Assembly: GCA_963667015.2 (NCBI GenBank)
Contig: CAXXJJ010000004.1
Span: forward strand, 2,112,001-2,176,000
Direction of reading: 5' to 3'
DNA length: 64,000 bases
Source: Desulfatiglandales bacterium
GTDB taxonomy: Bacteria > Desulfobacterota > DSM-4660 > Desulfatiglandales > HGW-15
How positions within the stretch are numbered: the stretch's first letter is position 1; every line of letters starts with the position of its first letter. This document shows, piece by piece, positions 62,478 to 64,000 of this stretch. A program made the translations under genes and the position numbers. A model generated the notes under the pieces. The model searched no databases and was not told the DNA's origin. It saw only the letters and a list, made by a program, of their open reading frames with translations.

Positions 62478-63884
62478 ATGAGCTCAGAAGAATTAAATAA
62501 TTACTGGAATACAGTAGTTGACCTCATCCAGGATGGAGTCATGATTGTTGATATGGAAGGCATTATCGTTTCGGTAAATAAAGCAATGGAAACCATATCT
62601 GGCTTTAAACAGAATGAGATGATTGGCAAACCATGTTCTATATTCAATTGCGATATGTGCGACATTGAAAGGGATAAGGAAAAAAAAGCATGGTGTGCCC
62701 TTTTCAGAGCCGGAAGTCTGAACAGGGTGAAATGCATACTGAAAAGAAAAAATGGGGCACCTGTTCATATATTAAAAAATGCCACCCTTATCAGGGACAG
62801 CGACAAAAGTATCATCGGGGCAGTGGAAACATTTACTAATGTATCGGAGCTAATTGAAAAAGATACACAGCTTGAAAGTATAAGGCAGGAACTCAGGGCT
62901 GAGGACCGTTTTTGCGGTATCATAGGTCAAACACCGGCCATGAAATACGTATTCGATCTCATAGGGAATGCTGCTCAGTCAGATGCACCTGTGATTATTT
63001 TTGGAGAAAGCGGTACTGGAAAAGAGCTTGCCGCAAAGGCAATACATGATCTTGGCCCACGTAAAACAAAGCCCTTTGTAAAAGTCAATTGTGCCGCGCT
63101 AACGGAAACACTTCTGGAGAGTGAACTTTTCGGCCATGTCAGAGGGGCCTTTACAGGCGCCCATAAGAGCAGGGAAGGTCGCTTTGAAGCGGCTAACGGG
63201 GGAGACATATTTCTTGATGAGATCGGGGATTTACCTCCATCTACCCAGGTAAAACTGCTTCGAGTACTTGAAGAAAAGGTAATAGAGCGGGTGGGTGATA
63301 ACAGGTCTTTCCCGGTAAATGTCCGCATAGTCACTGCTACCAATAAGAACTTAAAAGAACTTGTTGATAATGGTCTATTCAGACAGGATCTCTTTTTCAG
63401 AATCAATGTTGTACCAATTTTCCTGCCTCCGCTCAGAGAAAGGGCAAATGATATCCCCCTTCTTGCGGAATCCTTTTTTAAGAAAACCAGGGTAAAAAGC
63501 GGGAAAGAGATAATTGGAACCAGCAATGAGGCCATGGAAATTTTAATGAGATATGACTGGCCGGGTAATATAAGAGAACTTAAAAGCGCATTTGAATATG
63601 CCTTTGTAACCTGTCAGGAAAAATTAATACAGCCTTCTCATCTGCCGCTGAATATCTACCAGTGGCAAAACAAAAAAAGCATTCCAACAGGCTTACCTGT
63701 AGATCAGGACGGTATGAAAAAGAAGAGGCTTATTGAAGCCCTTACAGCAGCAGGAGGAAAGCGTTCGGAAGCTGCCCAGATACTGGGTGTATCACGGGTT
63801 ACAATATGGAAACAGATGAAAAAATATGATATTGACCTGAAAAAAATTATGGAAACTATGCCTGCTATAAAATCCACTTTTTAA
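62478..63884 (+). CDS. PAS-domain sigma-54 enhancer-binding transcriptional regulator
   Basis: PAS, GESGTGKE, GAFTGA, WPGNIREL, Fis HTH. Confidence 0.95.
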   Translation: MSSEELNNYWNTVVDLIQDGVMIVDMEGIIVSVNKAMETISGFKQNEMIGKPCSIFNCDMCDIERDKEKKAWCALFRAGSLNRVKCILKRKNGAPVHILKNATLIRDSDKSIIGAVETFTNVSELIEKDTQLESIRQELRAEDRFCGIIGQTPAMKYVFDLIGNAAQSDAPVIIFGESGTGKELAAKAIHDLGPRKTKPFVKVNCAALTETLLESELFGHVRGAFTGAHKSREGRFEAANGGDIFLDEIGDLPPSTQVKLLRVLEEKVIERVGDNRSFPVNVRIVTATNKNLKELVDNGLFRQDLFFRINVVPIFLPPLRERANDIPLLAESFFKKTRVKSGKEIIGTSNEAMEILMRYDWPGNIRELKSAFEYAFVTCQEKLIQPSHLPLNIYQWQNKKSIPTGLPVDQDGMKKKRLIEALTAAGGKRSEAAQILGVSRVTIWKQMKKYDIDLKKIMETMPAIKSTF

Positions 63885-63954
63885 AGCTTCAGATTTTGGA
63901 AATATTTTGAGACATGTGCCTTTACATAAAATTACAATTTTAAGGGAGCATAAA

Positions 63955-64000
63955 ATGAGAAATTTATCATGGCGTTTTAAATACGCGATCTATTGTGCAT
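63955..64000 (+). CDS. Possible gene start running off the window
   Basis: AGGGAG RBS plus ATG, open to window end. Confidence 0.35.
   Translation, partial: MRNLSWRFKYAIYCA

Overview
AT-rich genome segment that looks like an anaerobic Desulfobacterota (deltaproteobacterial) chromosome; the taxon is inferred from gene content. 1-23 kb is mostly housekeeping: a thiolase/hbd/acyl-CoA dehydrogenase/ETF operon, ALDH plus a UroD-fold protein, aroK, a MoxR-VWA pair, fumarase-mdh-carboxyltransferase, an MFS transporter and queC. This part also carries heptamer/nonamer intergenic repeats and a possible attenuator RNA. 24.9-27.4 kb holds an integrase-less integron cassette array with two attC sites; one cassette is a restriction-endonuclease-like gene interrupted by a 57-bp in-frame insertion. 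32.2-63.9 kb is the most interesting part: two convergent sigma-54 operons, each next to its own Cys-rich PAS enhancer-binding protein. The plus-strand operon is Trx(SxxC)-DUF302-MMPL-LolA-like-porin-MetV-MetF-RACo-HybA-like-HybB/NrfD-like, ending in a cytochrome c3/octaheme-tetrathionate-reductase fusion. That cytochrome has 13 CxxCH motifs and an in-frame TGA at the conserved NNF-C position, followed by a SECIS-like hairpin, so it is a probable selenoprotein. The minus-strand run is TusA-MvhD-like-HdrA-HdrA'-HTH-HdrC-HdrB-like-DsrE-hypothetical-TusA-like-flavodoxin-DUF1638-DAC-MFS-atypical Rex. All product calls come from motif recognition by eye; no searches were run.
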